The notes under the pieces were generated by a model that was not told the DNA's origin, did not search any database, and was given only the letters and a program-made list of their open reading frames with translations. This document shows positions 19,888-30,185 of a stretch of 58,705 nt of DNA, piece after piece. The position numbers were made by a program, and so were the translations under genes. Position 1 is the first letter of the stretch. Each line of letters starts with the position of its first letter. The stretch is taken from positions 1 through 58,705 of the forward strand of contig CAZLLO010000005.1 in assembly GCA_964560525.1 (NCBI GenBank), read 5' to 3'. Source of the DNA: an uncultured Candidatus Saccharibacteria bacterium. Its GTDB lineage: Bacteria > Patescibacteriota > Dojkabacteria > SC72.

Positions 19888-20067
19888 ATGGGAGCTCTTC
19901 CAAAAAGAAAAATTTCAAGCAGTGTACGTGGCCAAAGAAGATCACATAATGCATTGAAAGTTACAGGTATGTCAAAATGTCCTAAATGCGGAAACGTAAA
20001 GAGAGAACATTTTGCATGTGCGTTTTGTGGATACTATAAAGATAAAAAAGAAACTAAAAAGTCATAA
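19888..20067 (+). CDS. rpmF: 50S ribosomal protein L32, Zn-binding type; absent from the ORF track
   Basis: Manual translation MGALPKRKISSSVRGQRRSHNALKVTGMSKCPKCGNVKREHFACAFCGYYKDKKETKKS. Confidence 0.95.
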   Translation: MGALPKRKISSSVRGQRRSHNALKVTGMSKCPKCGNVKREHFACAFCGYYKDKKETKKS

Positions 20068-20073
20068 TAATCT

Positions 20074-20514
20074 ATGAAAAGAGCATCTGACCCAAGACAC
20101 CTAGCACGCATACTTGCTTTACAAAAGCTATTCTCAAGTTATTTCAATAAAAATAATCTAACGGTAGAAGACATTGCTACTGAGGATTTAGTTCAGTTAG
20201 ATGAGATTGAAGAATATAACCAAGAGCTATTGGAGAAAATCGTTAATGGAGTAGAGGAGAAACAGACGGAAATAGATGACTTAATAACTAAATATGCTCC
20301 ACAATGGCCAATCTCACAGATGAAGCTAGTTGATTTACAAATTCTTAGGATTGCAATTCTTGAGGGTGTTATTGGAAAAATTACACCTCCAAAGGTCGCA
20401 ATTGACGAAGCTATTGAAATAGCCAAAGATTTTGGAGGAGATACAAGTAGTAAGTTTGTAAATGGTGTGCTTGGAGCAATATATGAAGAAACCAAGAAAG
20501 AAGAAAATAAATGA
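20074..20514 (+). CDS. nusB: Transcription antitermination factor NusB
   Basis: [38 protein letters not shown]. Confidence 0.95.
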   Translation: MKRASDPRHLARILALQKLFSSYFNKNNLTVEDIATEDLVQLDEIEEYNQELLEKIVNGVEEKQTEIDDLITKYAPQWPISQMKLVDLQILRIAILEGVIGKITPPKVAIDEAIEIAKDFGGDTSSKFVNGVLGAIYEETKKEENK

Positions 20515-21218
20515 TTAATTATACTGAAATAGAAAAAAACATAGGGATTACATTTAACAATAAAACTTTGTTAGATGTTGCATTAACTCATAGATCATAT
20601 CTCAACGAACATAGAGAACTTTCATTACAAAACAATGAAAGACTAGAATTTCTTGGAGATGCAGTTTTAGAATTAATAATCTCAAGCCATCTTTTTCGTA
20701 CATATCCAGAGAAGCCAGAGGGAGACTTAACAAATATTCGAGCAGCTGTTGTAAGAACTGAAAGCTTAGCTGAAGAATCTCGCAAGCTAGGCTTGGGTGA
20801 ATTCTTACAGATGTCTAAGGGTGAAGCAGAATCGGGTGGTAAGGATAAGGATTATTTGCTTGCAAATACCTTCGAAGCTGTACTTGGGGCAATTTATGAA
20901 GACCAGGGTTTTAAGGTTTGTGAAGAATATATTAATAGAACACTATTGTTAAAAATAGACAATATCGTAAATAATAATCTTTTCATAGACCCAAAGACAC
21001 AAGCACAAGAAATCATTCAGGCACAATTCAAAGTTACTCCTGTTTATGAAGTTATTAAAGAAGAAGGACCAGATCATGATAAAAAGTTTACTGTAGGGCT
21101 ACATATTAATGGCAAACAAATATCAACAGGAATGGGGTCTAGTAAACAGAAAGCCGAAGAAGATGCTGCACAAAATGCGGTAGTTATGTTAGAAAATAAG
21201 GAGAAATCCTTGAATTAA
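20511..21218 (+). CDS. rnc: Ribonuclease III
   Basis: [12 protein letters not shown] signature and C-terminal dsRBD. Confidence 0.98.
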   Translation: MINYTEIEKNIGITFNNKTLLDVALTHRSYLNEHRELSLQNNERLEFLGDAVLELIISSHLFRTYPEKPEGDLTNIRAAVVRTESLAEESRKLGLGEFLQMSKGEAESGGKDKDYLLANTFEAVLGAIYEDQGFKVCEEYINRTLLLKIDNIVNNNLFIDPKTQAQEIIQAQFKVTPVYEVIKEEGPDHDKKFTVGLHINGKQISTGMGSSKQKAEEDAAQNAVVMLENKEKSLN

Positions 21219-21246
21219 TATAGTTCATTTGATAGAATTCATCGTT

Positions 21247-21546
21247 ATGTTAAAAATAAGACTAAAAAGAACAGGAAGAAGAGCTGATCCACACTACAAG
21301 ATTGTAGTCATGGAAGATAACCAACCAAGAGATGGTAAGGCTATTGCAGAGATTGGATACTATAATCCTAGAAATCATCCTTCAACATTTGATGTTGATC
21401 AAGAGCAGGCAAAAAAATGGCTCGCAAATGGAGCACAGCCTACAGGAACTATAGCTCAATACTTTGTCAAATTAGGCCTTCTTAAAGCTCTCAAGAGGGG
21501 TTCTACAAAGCCTAAAACTGAGAAGAAGACAAAAGAAGAAAAATAG
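21247..21546 (+). CDS. rpsP: 30S ribosomal protein S16
   Basis: MLKIRLKRTGRR...IGYYNP...WLANGAQPT; ATG 21247 preferred over the track's 21229 start. Confidence 0.95.
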   Translation: MLKIRLKRTGRRADPHYKIVVMEDNQPRDGKAIAEIGYYNPRNHPSTFDVDQEQAKKWLANGAQPTGTIAQYFVKLGLLKALKRGSTKPKTEKKTKEEK

Positions 21547-21588
21547 TAGTATAATAATTAAAATATTTTAATTATTTTGTATATACAA

Positions 21589-21921
21589 ATGAAAGAGCTA
21601 CTAGAACATATAGTCAAATCTATAGTTAATCACCCTGATGATGTTAAAATTGATGAAAGAGAAAGTGTAGACTTTCCTGGACTTACCATTCTTACAATTG
21701 ATGTTGCAGAAGATGATAAAGGTGTTGTAATTGGAAGAAAAGGAAGAACAATCAATGCAATTAGAGATTTAATCACAATCAATGCGATTAGAAATGATAA
21801 ACGAGTCAAAGTATTGATAAAAGATGATAACGCTGGACATAGAGAAGAGGGTGATACTCCTGCACAACAAGTAGAGCAACCATCTTCTGATGGAGATAAT
21901 ATGCTTTACGATGAGATCTAA
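21589..21921 (+). CDS. khpA: KH-domain RNA-binding protein
   Basis: DKGVVIGRKGRTINAIR; located after rpsP; ATG 21589 preferred. Confidence 0.85.
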   Translation: MKELLEHIVKSIVNHPDDVKIDERESVDFPGLTILTIDVAEDDKGVVIGRKGRTINAIRDLITINAIRNDKRVKVLIKDDNAGHREEGDTPAQQVEQPSSDGDNMLYDEI

Positions 21922-22628
21922 TCTAGTTTACTAGCTTTTACTTCAAATATCTTAATGATATCTGTGTATTGGGTATATGGTGTAAATTGAGAATACAGAT
22001 TAACGGATACAGTATTCTCTGGAACATAATACCCAGTAACATTCAACTTTGCATCCCATGAATTTGCAGTTTTCTCCAAATCGATATTCTCAATAGATAT
22101 TATATATGGCGAAGCAGAGTAGAGGCTATTTAAGAAATCTAATATCTGCTCATAGCTTCCAGAATATTCTAAAGGACCACTAACTCCTAATATGAATTTC
22201 CCCTGATTAGTTTCTCCCTTTGTGCTTATTTTTATATCTCCTGCAGACAATTTATCTGATTTCAAAGATTTTGATTCTGCTAAATTGTCAATGTAATAGA
22301 CAAAACTTGAAACTTTCAATGTATTAGGTATGACTTTCTTTGCATTAATTAAATCAACCTGTAACGTAGCTTCATCCATTTTATTTAAAGCTGTTTCTAT
22401 CGCTTTCAGTTGTTTCTCTTTCTCCAATACCGCATGATATTCATTCTGCGATGCAGTGGCAGCTTTAATCATAGGAACAAAGACAAAAACACCTAGGATT
22501 ACTAATATAACTACAACTAACATCGGAATAACGATATCCGAGAATTTTATCTTGGATTTCTTAATCCTTTCACTTACAGATTCGATCTCTTTCTTTGTTT
22601 TGCTCGCATTGGTCGTATTAAGTGCCAT
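21918..22628 (-). CDS. pilO: Type IV pilus alignment protein, PilO-like
   Basis: Single TM, coiled coil and ferredoxin-like C-terminus (GSYEQILDFLNSL); third gene after pilM and pilN. Confidence 0.7.
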   Translation of the reverse strand: MALNTTNASKTKKEIESVSERIKKSKIKFSDIVIPMLVVVILVILGVFVFVPMIKAATASQNEYHAVLEKEKQLKAIETALNKMDEATLQVDLINAKKVIPNTLKVSSFVYYIDNLAESKSLKSDKLSAGDIKISTKGETNQGKFILGVSGPLEYSGSYEQILDFLNSLYSASPYIISIENIDLEKTANSWDAKLNVTGYYVPENTVSVNLYSQFTPYTQYTDIIKIFEVKASKLD

Positions 22629-22632
22629 GTTT

Positions 22633-23328
22633 TTAATCTGAAGAACTTAAGAAATATTCAAACACCATTTTACCGTTGAAAGCAAACGTAGACCTATTAG
22701 AAGTATTTCCAACAGATTTTAAGTTTACTTCTTTGACTTCGGGATCATTGCCTAATAAATACCAGAATTTCGAGACATTTTCTAAGTTTGATGCTGTTCC
22801 CTCAATTGTGAAAGAAAGATCATTTCCGAATGTAAATTTTGTAATCTGTGCGTTACCACTTTTTGAAGCAATCTTATTTATATATTCTATCGCCCCCTTT
22901 GGAGAATATGTCTTTCCCTCGATGTCTTTGTATAGTAAAACCCTGTCAACAACCTCATTACTCGAGATAATTTTCTGAATACTATTTTGTAATTTACTCT
23001 CATATGCACTTAAAACCTTCTTTTCATTATTTACCTGTATTTTGGATATAATATTGAAACCAACGATAAAGATAGATATAACTACAAGGATTAGAAGACT
23101 AACAATAGAGCCAACGTTAAGTTTCTTTTTCTTTTGTTCAACAATGACCTCTTCTTTTGTAAGGGTTGGGATTAGGTTAATGCTAGTTTCTACAGGAGGG
23201 ATGTTAGGTTCTTCTTTCTGTAAAGGCTTTACCTCAGGTTTCTCAACTTTAACTTCAGGTGCCTTAACAGGTGCAACTGGCACTTTCTTTACTTCTTGAG
23301 TTTTGACTTCTGGGATTGGATTACTCAT
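22633..23328 (-). CDS. pilN: Type IV pilus alignment protein, PilN-like
   Basis: Pro-rich N-terminus, TM, IEGTASNLENVSKF; directly after pilM. Confidence 0.7.
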   Translation of the reverse strand: MSNPIPEVKTQEVKKVPVAPVKAPEVKVEKPEVKPLQKEEPNIPPVETSINLIPTLTKEEVIVEQKKKKLNVGSIVSLLILVVISIFIVGFNIISKIQVNNEKKVLSAYESKLQNSIQKIISSNEVVDRVLLYKDIEGKTYSPKGAIEYINKIASKSGNAQITKFTFGNDLSFTIEGTASNLENVSKFWYLLGNDPEVKEVNLKSVGNTSNRSTFAFNGKMVFEYFLSSSD

Positions 23329-24352
23329 CTTTTAATGCTAAACCAATAGCAACAGAGTAGGAGGGCCCACTTTTTGCTATTATGTCTTTAAATTTATTAT
23401 CTATCTTCATAGAGTTCCAAGGTGTCGCAATTGATACATTAACTCCTAAGCTTTTAGCAACATATTCTGTTAATCCTGGTAACAAAGCTCCATCACCATT
23501 TAAGATATAGTCTGCAGGAGCTGCTGCAAGGGTTTTATTCTTGTAGAACTCAACACCTCTTCTAACCTCAACTAATATTGATTCTATGATAGGGGATAAT
23601 ACTCCATATATTTTTCCTTCAAGAACATTTTCTACTACTCCATAGTTACGTTTAAATTCTTCTGCTCGCGAATAATCAAAATTAAACTTATTAACCACAG
23701 ATTGTGTTAGAGAATCAGACCCAATAGCAATACTCTGAGAAAAGACTAAATATCCTTCAGAGAGAATACTCATATCTGTACTATTTGCTCCAAAGTCTAA
23801 CATTACAAGATCTTTCTTTTTTGTAGAACGATACATTGCTCTTCCCATTGCTACAGATTCGGTCTCAATTGCTGCAAGTTCCAAGCCAGCACTCATAGCG
23901 ATATTAATGTATATATCAATGATTTTGCGAGGAGCAGCTACTAACAATACTCTTGGAGCATTCTTTTCTTGGTTAAAACCAATTGTAATATAGCTAAGCT
24001 GTACTTCATCTAAAGGCATTGGGATATATTGTTTTGCTTCGAAATATACTGCATCTCTTAATTCTTCCTTTTTAACACCTGGAAATTCTAAAAATCGTGT
24101 AAATACAGAGAATTCTGGTAGAGCCATTACTACAGATTTATTTTTAATACGGGAAGCATCAAAAAGCTTCTTTAATACATCTACCAATTTTGTTTGGTCT
24201 GCTTTGTCTTCACTATTTATGACTCCCTTGGGTGTCATCTGAGAGCCGAGATTAACCAACTCTGGTGTTTCAGAGCCAATATTTCTTAACTCCACAGCTT
24301 TCACAGAGTGGGTTCCAAAATCTATACCAACATGGTCGGACAGCTTAGCCAT
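23321..24352 (-). CDS. pilM: Type IV pilus assembly protein PilM
   Basis: VGIDFGTHSVKAVEL, MLDFGANSTD, YSVAIGLALK. Confidence 0.93.
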   Translation of the reverse strand: MAKLSDHVGIDFGTHSVKAVELRNIGSETPELVNLGSQMTPKGVINSEDKADQTKLVDVLKKLFDASRIKNKSVVMALPEFSVFTRFLEFPGVKKEELRDAVYFEAKQYIPMPLDEVQLSYITIGFNQEKNAPRVLLVAAPRKIIDIYINIAMSAGLELAAIETESVAMGRAMYRSTKKKDLVMLDFGANSTDMSILSEGYLVFSQSIAIGSDSLTQSVVNKFNFDYSRAEEFKRNYGVVENVLEGKIYGVLSPIIESILVEVRRGVEFYKNKTLAAAPADYILNGDGALLPGLTEYVAKSLGVNVSIATPWNSMKIDNKFKDIIAKSGPSYSVAIGLALKDE

Positions 24353-24426
24353 TTTGAGCAGTTTATCAAAGTTTAACTTTTATATTTATATATAATATCA
24401 AATCACGTACTAGGAACAAGTATTTA

Positions 24427-24804
24427 TTACTCTCCCAGATACTTATTTAATTCCTTAACTAATTCTTCATAATCTATATCTGTCTTTACTAAATATGATG
24501 ATGCACCTAAATCAAAAGCTTCCTTTATCACAGCATCACTTGTCATATTCGTAAGAACAACAACAGGGACGTTACCATACTTCTCAGGATTAGCTTTCAC
24601 GGCTCTGAGGACCTCCAAGCCATCGACTCCTGGCATCATTAAGTCAAGTAATACTAAACCTATTTCTCCTAGCTTCTGAGCCATTGTATCAAGTCCTTGA
24701 TATCCATCCGCAGCAGTTAAACAGGTATAACCTGCAGTAGCCACTAACTCCTTATATGAATCTAATAATTGCTTATCATCTTCCACTATTAATATTGTTT
24801 TCAT
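24427..24804 (-). CDS. Single-domain response regulator receiver
   Basis: ILIVEDD, LVLLDLMMPGVDG, LTN, YLVK. Confidence 0.92.
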   Translation of the reverse strand: MKTILIVEDDKQLLDSYKELVATAGYTCLTAADGYQGLDTMAQKLGEIGLVLLDLMMPGVDGLEVLRAVKANPEKYGNVPVVVLTNMTSDAVIKEAFDLGASSYLVKTDIDYEELVKELNKYLGE

Positions 24805-24869
24805 AGCCTTTTTATTAAAATTTTATTTAATATTTATTTGATGTTAATACTAATATACCACGTTCACAA

Positions 24870-25583
24870 TTACCATACTATTCCTTCAGTAGAAACCACT
24901 GCCTGCCTGTATACTTCCTTATTTACTGGAGCTCCAGGAGCTAAATACCACTGTGTAGGATGTGCTTGGACATCAAATCTGATTAGGAAATTATTATCTT
25001 TTAATACTGTATATGCAATATTAAATGCGTCTATGTCTACGATATCAGAGTTCAACGGTATTACATATTTTGTATAATCATTAGAATCATCATTCACAAA
25101 GCACTTTTCATGCTCATTCCAAAGATTTTGTGCCGAAGTCTTAATAATATATCCCATCTCAGGATCTTCTGTAGATTTAAAGAATCCTATACATATCCAA
25201 TTCTTGTATCCATATGGCCTAAACTGTATTTCATTACCGTTTGCGTTTTCTCCCAATGCTTGACCATATGTGAGATCAATATCAGAACCAACATTTACCA
25301 CAAGGTTTGTTAATGGATTGTAGTCTCTTTGCTCATATGAATTGTATACATATACTTCTGAGGGATCAGAGTTTCTAACTGTACGACGAATTAATTCTAA
25401 GACGAATTCAGTTTCATTTCTCACTCTTGTCTTATTGCTGGATACAGAAGAGATTTTTACCAATGTAGTAAGCGTAGTAGAGGAGATTAGCATAACGACA
25501 CCAATAATAACGATAGTTATTAACATCTCTACTAAACTAAATCCCTCATATTTTGTTTTTCTATTTTTCAGTATGTTTATCAT
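24870..25583 (-). CDS. Minor pilin (prepilin N-terminal motif)
   Basis: KYEG|FSLVEMLITIVIIG. Confidence 0.85.
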   Translation of the reverse strand: MINILKNRKTKYEGFSLVEMLITIVIIGVVMLISSTTLTTLVKISSVSSNKTRVRNETEFVLELIRRTVRNSDPSEVYVYNSYEQRDYNPLTNLVVNVGSDIDLTYGQALGENANGNEIQFRPYGYKNWICIGFFKSTEDPEMGYIIKTSAQNLWNEHEKCFVNDDSNDYTKYVIPLNSDIVDIDAFNIAYTVLKDNNFLIRFDVQAHPTQWYLAPGAPVNKEVYRQAVVSTEGIVW

Positions 25584-26122
25584 AGATTTACTACTGTGAA
25601 ATATGAATAATCTTTTACATTGTTTCCTTTTGTTATTGTCCCAGAAGAATTTGTTTGTCCAACGATTACCTTAACTATTGCATATTTGGCAGGGGAGCTA
25701 TAATCGTCACTGATACAAAATATTCTAAAATATTCTCCTTCTTCATCTATCACTCCATACGCAGTTCTTTTTACAATATCATTTGAAAGTTCGTATGTCT
25801 TGAAGAGTTCACTCCCGCCACCTTCTTTTTCAAATTGATACTGGCCCTCAACTTTCTGAATTAGATAGCATTCACCACCAGCGTCAGGAAAGAGATTCTC
25901 TCCTGTTTGCCTTTCTTGTACTGCAATATTTTGCACCATAGTAGAACCCTCTACTGCATATTGGGTCATCTTGTCTATCACTTCATTTTGTATCATACCT
26001 TGCATTGTTCCAACAGCCATCTGCATTAGTACTACAGAAGAGATACCTACAACCATAATAGCAATGAGAGCCTCTACAAAGCCCATTCCTTCATATTTTG
26101 TTGTTTCACTTGTGTTTATCAT
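25580..26122 (-). CDS. Minor pilin, PilV-like
   Basis: KYEG|MGFVEALIAIMVV (Glu at +5). Confidence 0.75.
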   Translation of the reverse strand: MINTSETTKYEGMGFVEALIAIMVVGISSVVLMQMAVGTMQGMIQNEVIDKMTQYAVEGSTMVQNIAVQERQTGENLFPDAGGECYLIQKVEGQYQFEKEGGGSELFKTYELSNDIVKRTAYGVIDEEGEYFRIFCISDDYSSPAKYAIVKVIVGQTNSSGTITKGNNVKDYSYFTVVNL

Positions 26123-26898
26123 TCTACAATTGATGTACTAATTTTACCTGATAAATTACTAATCACTAACTTATGTATCTTCGATGTCGTACTTTCTGGT
26201 GTTATCGTTATCTCAAATGCCTTTGGCGATACTGACAATTCTCCATCTGCTTGGTAGTTTAACAACTGTCCATTAGTACCATAGAAGAATGTCTTTCCTG
26301 AGACAGCCTCAAACAAGATATATGCAGGAGTTAAGCCATCGATACTAGAAATAGTGATTGCAGATTTGGGTGGAGTAGCAGAAGAGTCATAACCAGGCAC
26401 AGAGCGAAGGTGTGATAGTGTTGCAGAGGGATCACAGTAACTTGCAAGATATGACGAATCTGTTGGAATAGGGATATAGGCATTTTTTTCTCCATCAACT
26501 GTATCACCGATTTTTAAACTACCTGATGGATCATAGTTTGGGAATAGGGAAGTCGTTTTGACATCTCCATATGTATCAAATGTTGAACACCATTTAAAAA
26601 CTTTGTATTTATTATCAACACTCATGCTTGAGAAATCTATCCCTAAGCCATATAGCCAACGTTCATCTGGATCCCTTTCTAAAAGCATTGCAGCTCTCTG
26701 TACAGAACGAATATCCTGTTCTAAAGTAAGCGAATACTCATTCATTTTGATAGTATTTTGTAACCCTCCGAAAGATGCAAAACTCAGACTTGCTAGAATT
26801 ACAATAATTCCCATGACAACAAGTAACTCTAACAGTGTGTATGCTTGATAGCTATTCTTTTTGTTTAATTCCAAGGCAGTAAAGAAACAATTCAACAA
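26119..26898 (-). CDS. Minor pilin, FimT/GspH-like
   Basis: SYQA|YTLLELLVVMGII. Confidence 0.8.
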   Translation of the reverse strand: MLNCFFTALELNKKNSYQAYTLLELLVVMGIIVILASLSFASFGGLQNTIKMNEYSLTLEQDIRSVQRAAMLLERDPDERWLYGLGIDFSSMSVDNKYKVFKWCSTFDTYGDVKTTSLFPNYDPSGSLKIGDTVDGEKNAYIPIPTDSSYLASYCDPSATLSHLRSVPGYDSSATPPKSAITISSIDGLTPAYILFEAVSGKTFFYGTNGQLLNYQADGELSVSPKAFEITITPESTTSKIHKLVISNLSGKISTSIVE

Positions 26899-26920
26899 TC
26901 TAATTTAACATAGTCAAGGA

Positions 26921-27508
26921 TTAATTTCCACTCAAAGAGAAGCCATCCTTGATATGCCAATCCGAATTATCCAAGCTTAAGACAATATCGGCTAATGGAT
27001 CTCCACTTTTTTGTGATCCGATATCATTATCTGTTATTGGATTACCCTCAGGTAATAGTCCAATACCATCTCCCGTACAGTAGAATCCTCTCTGATTTTC
27101 ATCATCAACATCTCCTAGGGAAACACATACCACAACAAATTGCTGATCGGTTTCATCTACAGCATAGTAGTATGTAGCATCCGAACCTCCTTCAAATTGA
27201 GAGTCTTCGTCTGTATATGGTTTAAGGATATAGTTATTAGGAGTTCCATTATACCCAAGTGCATATGCGAAGAATTCTTTTTCAATACACGAACTACATG
27301 TACCTCCAAGGGTAGGGTAGGATCTATGATCTAGCTTGTATTTTATCAAGGCTGCATAAAGACCTTTTGCAGCATCCATGTGTTTAACATCTTGAGAACG
27401 TTGTACAGCATACCTCCCAACAGCAATTCCAATAGCTAAAAGAAGTATTAATATTCCCATGACAATTAGCATTTCTATCAGGGTAAAGGCAGTATATTTC
27501 TTCTTCAT
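26921..27508 (-). CDS. Type IV pilin, paralogue of 28339..28896
   Basis: KYTA|FTLIEMLIVMGIL; shares the VCVSLG and YCxGxGxG motifs. Confidence 0.85.
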   Translation of the reverse strand: MKKKYTAFTLIEMLIVMGILILLLAIGIAVGRYAVQRSQDVKHMDAAKGLYAALIKYKLDHRSYPTLGGTCSSCIEKEFFAYALGYNGTPNNYILKPYTDEDSQFEGGSDATYYYAVDETDQQFVVVCVSLGDVDDENQRGFYCTGDGIGLLPEGNPITDNDIGSQKSGDPLADIVLSLDNSDWHIKDGFSLSGN

Positions 27509-27520
27509 TGTTCCAATCTA

Positions 27521-28264
27521 TCATATTCCCATAAAATTAAGAAGCGTCGTAAAGAGGGTTTCTCCATACAATACGGATACCACAAATGCGACAGAAAGAA
27601 AGGGAACCATTGGGACTTTGGCTCCTTTTAACTTTATTTTTTTAAGCATTATAAATCCTAAAGAATAGAGGAGAGCAAGTAATATGGAAATCCAAAAAAA
27701 TATTATAAATTGTGATTTAGTTAAAAGAATTCCTAATCCCAATATTATTAAGATATCTCCCATTCCAAAAGATTTCTTGATTAAATTTAAGATCAAGAAT
27801 ACAAGGGTTATTACAAGAGGAAGCAAGAGGTTGGGTAAATTGAAATTAAAGACAAAAAGGATTGCACAAATCCCTAAAAAGATATGGGTTATGTTTTTGG
27901 GTATTCCCATATCTTTAAAATCGTAATAGCTAAGAATGAAGAGGAATATTGAAAGGACAAAGAAATAATAAGGAACAGAGTAGAGGACAAAGAATAATCC
28001 CGTTAACCCCAACAACAATTCTGATATTGGATAATACGGGTTTATTCTCTTTCCACAACTTTTACATTTTCCAAGAGTTAATATATACCCTAAGATAGGT
28101 ATTAGTTTCCACCAAGAAAGAGGATTTTTGCAATTTTCGCAATGTGATCCTTGTGTAATGATTTGAGGATACTTATATTTTTTATCAATTCTATACAGTG
28201 TAGCATTAAGAAAGCTTGCAATTGCAGCGCCTAAGAAAAATATACAAGCATAAAAAATAAACAT
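27521..28264 (-). CDS. pilD: Prepilin peptidase
   Basis: Two CxxC motifs (SHCENC, GKCKSC) and two catalytic Asp (YYDFK, GMGDI). Confidence 0.92.
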   Translation of the reverse strand: MFIFYACIFFLGAAIASFLNATLYRIDKKYKYPQIITQGSHCENCKNPLSWWKLIPILGYILTLGKCKSCGKRINPYYPISELLLGLTGLFFVLYSVPYYFFVLSIFLFILSYYDFKDMGIPKNITHIFLGICAILFVFNFNLPNLLLPLVITLVFLILNLIKKSFGMGDILIILGLGILLTKSQFIIFFWISILLALLYSLGFIMLKKIKLKGAKVPMVPFLSVAFVVSVLYGETLFTTLLNFMGI

Positions 28265-28293
28265 TTTTTATTATATCTGTTTGAATAGAATAA

Positions 28294-28317
28294 TAAACCC
28301 CTCTTGCGAGGGGTTTA
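28294..28317. terminator. Intrinsic terminator after the pilin at 28339..28896
   Basis: TAAACCCCTC-TTGC-GAGGGGTTTA. Confidence 0.8.
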
Positions 28318-28338
28318 AGAATCGTTTATGAACCTGAA

Positions 28339-28896
28339 TTAAACAGGTGCAGTCCACTTAGTTCCACCATACCAGGTTGATTTATTAGCTCCACCCTCAA
28401 CAGCATTATATATTGTGCCACCTGATTCATAAGGGACTTTTTTATCTGTTAATGCTTCTGCTGATACAGCGCCAGACAATATCAAAGTACTATCACCAAA
28501 GCCATTACCATCACAATAATAACCAAGGTTCTTATCATCTGCAGCACCACCTAAAGATACACATACCAAGACAGCCTGTCCATCACCAACAAAGTAAATA
28601 TAATCAGCTTCAGTTCCACCATTAAATGCTCCCTGATCTAAATAACTGTAAAGAGGTGCAGTTTCACCATCTATTAAATCTTCTGGTGTTGCTGCAACAG
28701 GGAATTCTCTATGATCTGTATAGTATGCTTGTAATGCAGTATATATCTGCTTCACAGCATCTTGGTGAGCTACCTCGTTTGCTCTGTTAATTGCAAACCT
28801 TCCAGCAGTAATACCTACAGCCATAAGGATGATTAAAATACCCATAACGATAAGCATTTCTACTAATGTGAATGCTTCATAGAGATTCTTTCTCAT
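28339..28896 (-). CDS. Type IV pilin, likely the major pilin
   Basis: LYEA|FTLVEMLIVMGIL; has its own terminator. Confidence 0.85.
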   Translation of the reverse strand: MRKNLYEAFTLVEMLIVMGILIILMAVGITAGRFAINRANEVAHQDAVKQIYTALQAYYTDHREFPVAATPEDLIDGETAPLYSYLDQGAFNGGTEADYIYFVGDGQAVLVCVSLGGAADDKNLGYYCDGNGFGDSTLILSGAVSAEALTDKKVPYESGGTIYNAVEGGANKSTWYGGTKWTAPV

Positions 28897-28968
28897 GTTT
28901 GATTGGACAGTTTATTAATTTAACTAATTATAGATTACATAAGATTTTATAACGTGTCAATGCCTCAA

Positions 28969-30180
28969 CTATCCAATTGCAGAGGACAGCTGGAACATAG
29001 GCATATACACAGCCATTGCAATAAATCCTATGGCTAATCCCATTATAATAAGGAATACTGGTTCTAATACAGAAGACAAACTAGATGTTGCAACATCTAC
29101 CTCTTCTTTGTAATATTCGGACACTTTAGTTAAGACAGCATCAATCTCTCCTGTTTCTTCTCCAACTGCAATCATGCTACTTACCAAAAGAGGAAAGTAC
29201 TCACTTCGTGCAATTGGCAATGCTAAAGCACCTCCTTTTTCAACTTCTGATTTAGCATCTAATACAACATCTTTAAACACACTATTACTCAAAGATGAGG
29301 CGGTAAGTTCTAATGCTTTGATAATTGATAGACCACTTCCAAGCAATAAAGCTAAGATTCTTGTAAATTGAGAAAGTTGCATCTTGGTTATTATCCCACC
29401 AACCACAGGGATTTTCAGAACTAATTTATCAAAGGTTCTTTTTCCCTTATGAGAGCCAAGGTAGTACTTTCCACCAATAACAAGAACAGCTATGACTACC
29501 AACATTGCCCACCAATAATTGATAAAGAAATCACTGATATTCATAAGTAATTTCGTAGCAAATGGTAACTCAGCATTAAAGTCTGCGTATATACTTGCCA
29601 TAGAAGGGACAAGTACAAACATCATCAAAATAACAACAGCAACAATGACCAATAGAATAATTGCAGGATAAATCATTGCAGATTTAAGCTTGCTACTCAA
29701 GCTGTTCTTTTCTTCCAATTCGGTAGCTAACCTTTCCAATATAATTTCCAACTTACCACTTTCTTCACCAGCTTCTATTAAGTTTAAAGTAATTTCATCA
29801 AAAATCTCTTCTTGTGCTCTGAATGAATTTGATAAAGATTTTCCAGATTGAACAGAGGTTAAAACATCCTTAAGTGTTCTTCTGAAAAATGGGTTTTCTA
29901 CCTGTTGTGTCATAATTTCGAGCGCACGTGTCAAAGGCAATCCAGCACCAACCATGGTAGACATCTGTCTCATAAAAATAACCTTTTCTTTCATAGGGAT
30001 ACCACCAATATTGACTTCAGAGAGCCTTTCAAAATCTATACCCATAGATTCTTTTATGGTTACTACGATCAAACCTCTATCGTGAAGAATATCCGTAACA
30101 GCATTACCATCTCTAGCTTCCACAACACCGTTTACAACTTTTCCTTTTACATCACGTGCTGAATATTTGTATTTTTTCAT
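28969..30180 (-). CDS. pilC: Type IV pilus platform protein (GspF family)
   Basis: GEESGKL, KSAMIYP, VGEETGEID, LEPVFLI, VYMPMF. Confidence 0.95.
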   Translation of the reverse strand: MKKYKYSARDVKGKVVNGVVEARDGNAVTDILHDRGLIVVTIKESMGIDFERLSEVNIGGIPMKEKVIFMRQMSTMVGAGLPLTRALEIMTQQVENPFFRRTLKDVLTSVQSGKSLSNSFRAQEEIFDEITLNLIEAGEESGKLEIILERLATELEEKNSLSSKLKSAMIYPAIILLVIVAVVILMMFVLVPSMASIYADFNAELPFATKLLMNISDFFINYWWAMLVVIAVLVIGGKYYLGSHKGKRTFDKLVLKIPVVGGIITKMQLSQFTRILALLLGSGLSIIKALELTASSLSNSVFKDVVLDAKSEVEKGGALALPIARSEYFPLLVSSMIAVGEETGEIDAVLTKVSEYYKEEVDVATSSLSSVLEPVFLIIMGLAIGFIAMAVYMPMFQLSSAIG

Positions 30181-30185
30181 AATTT

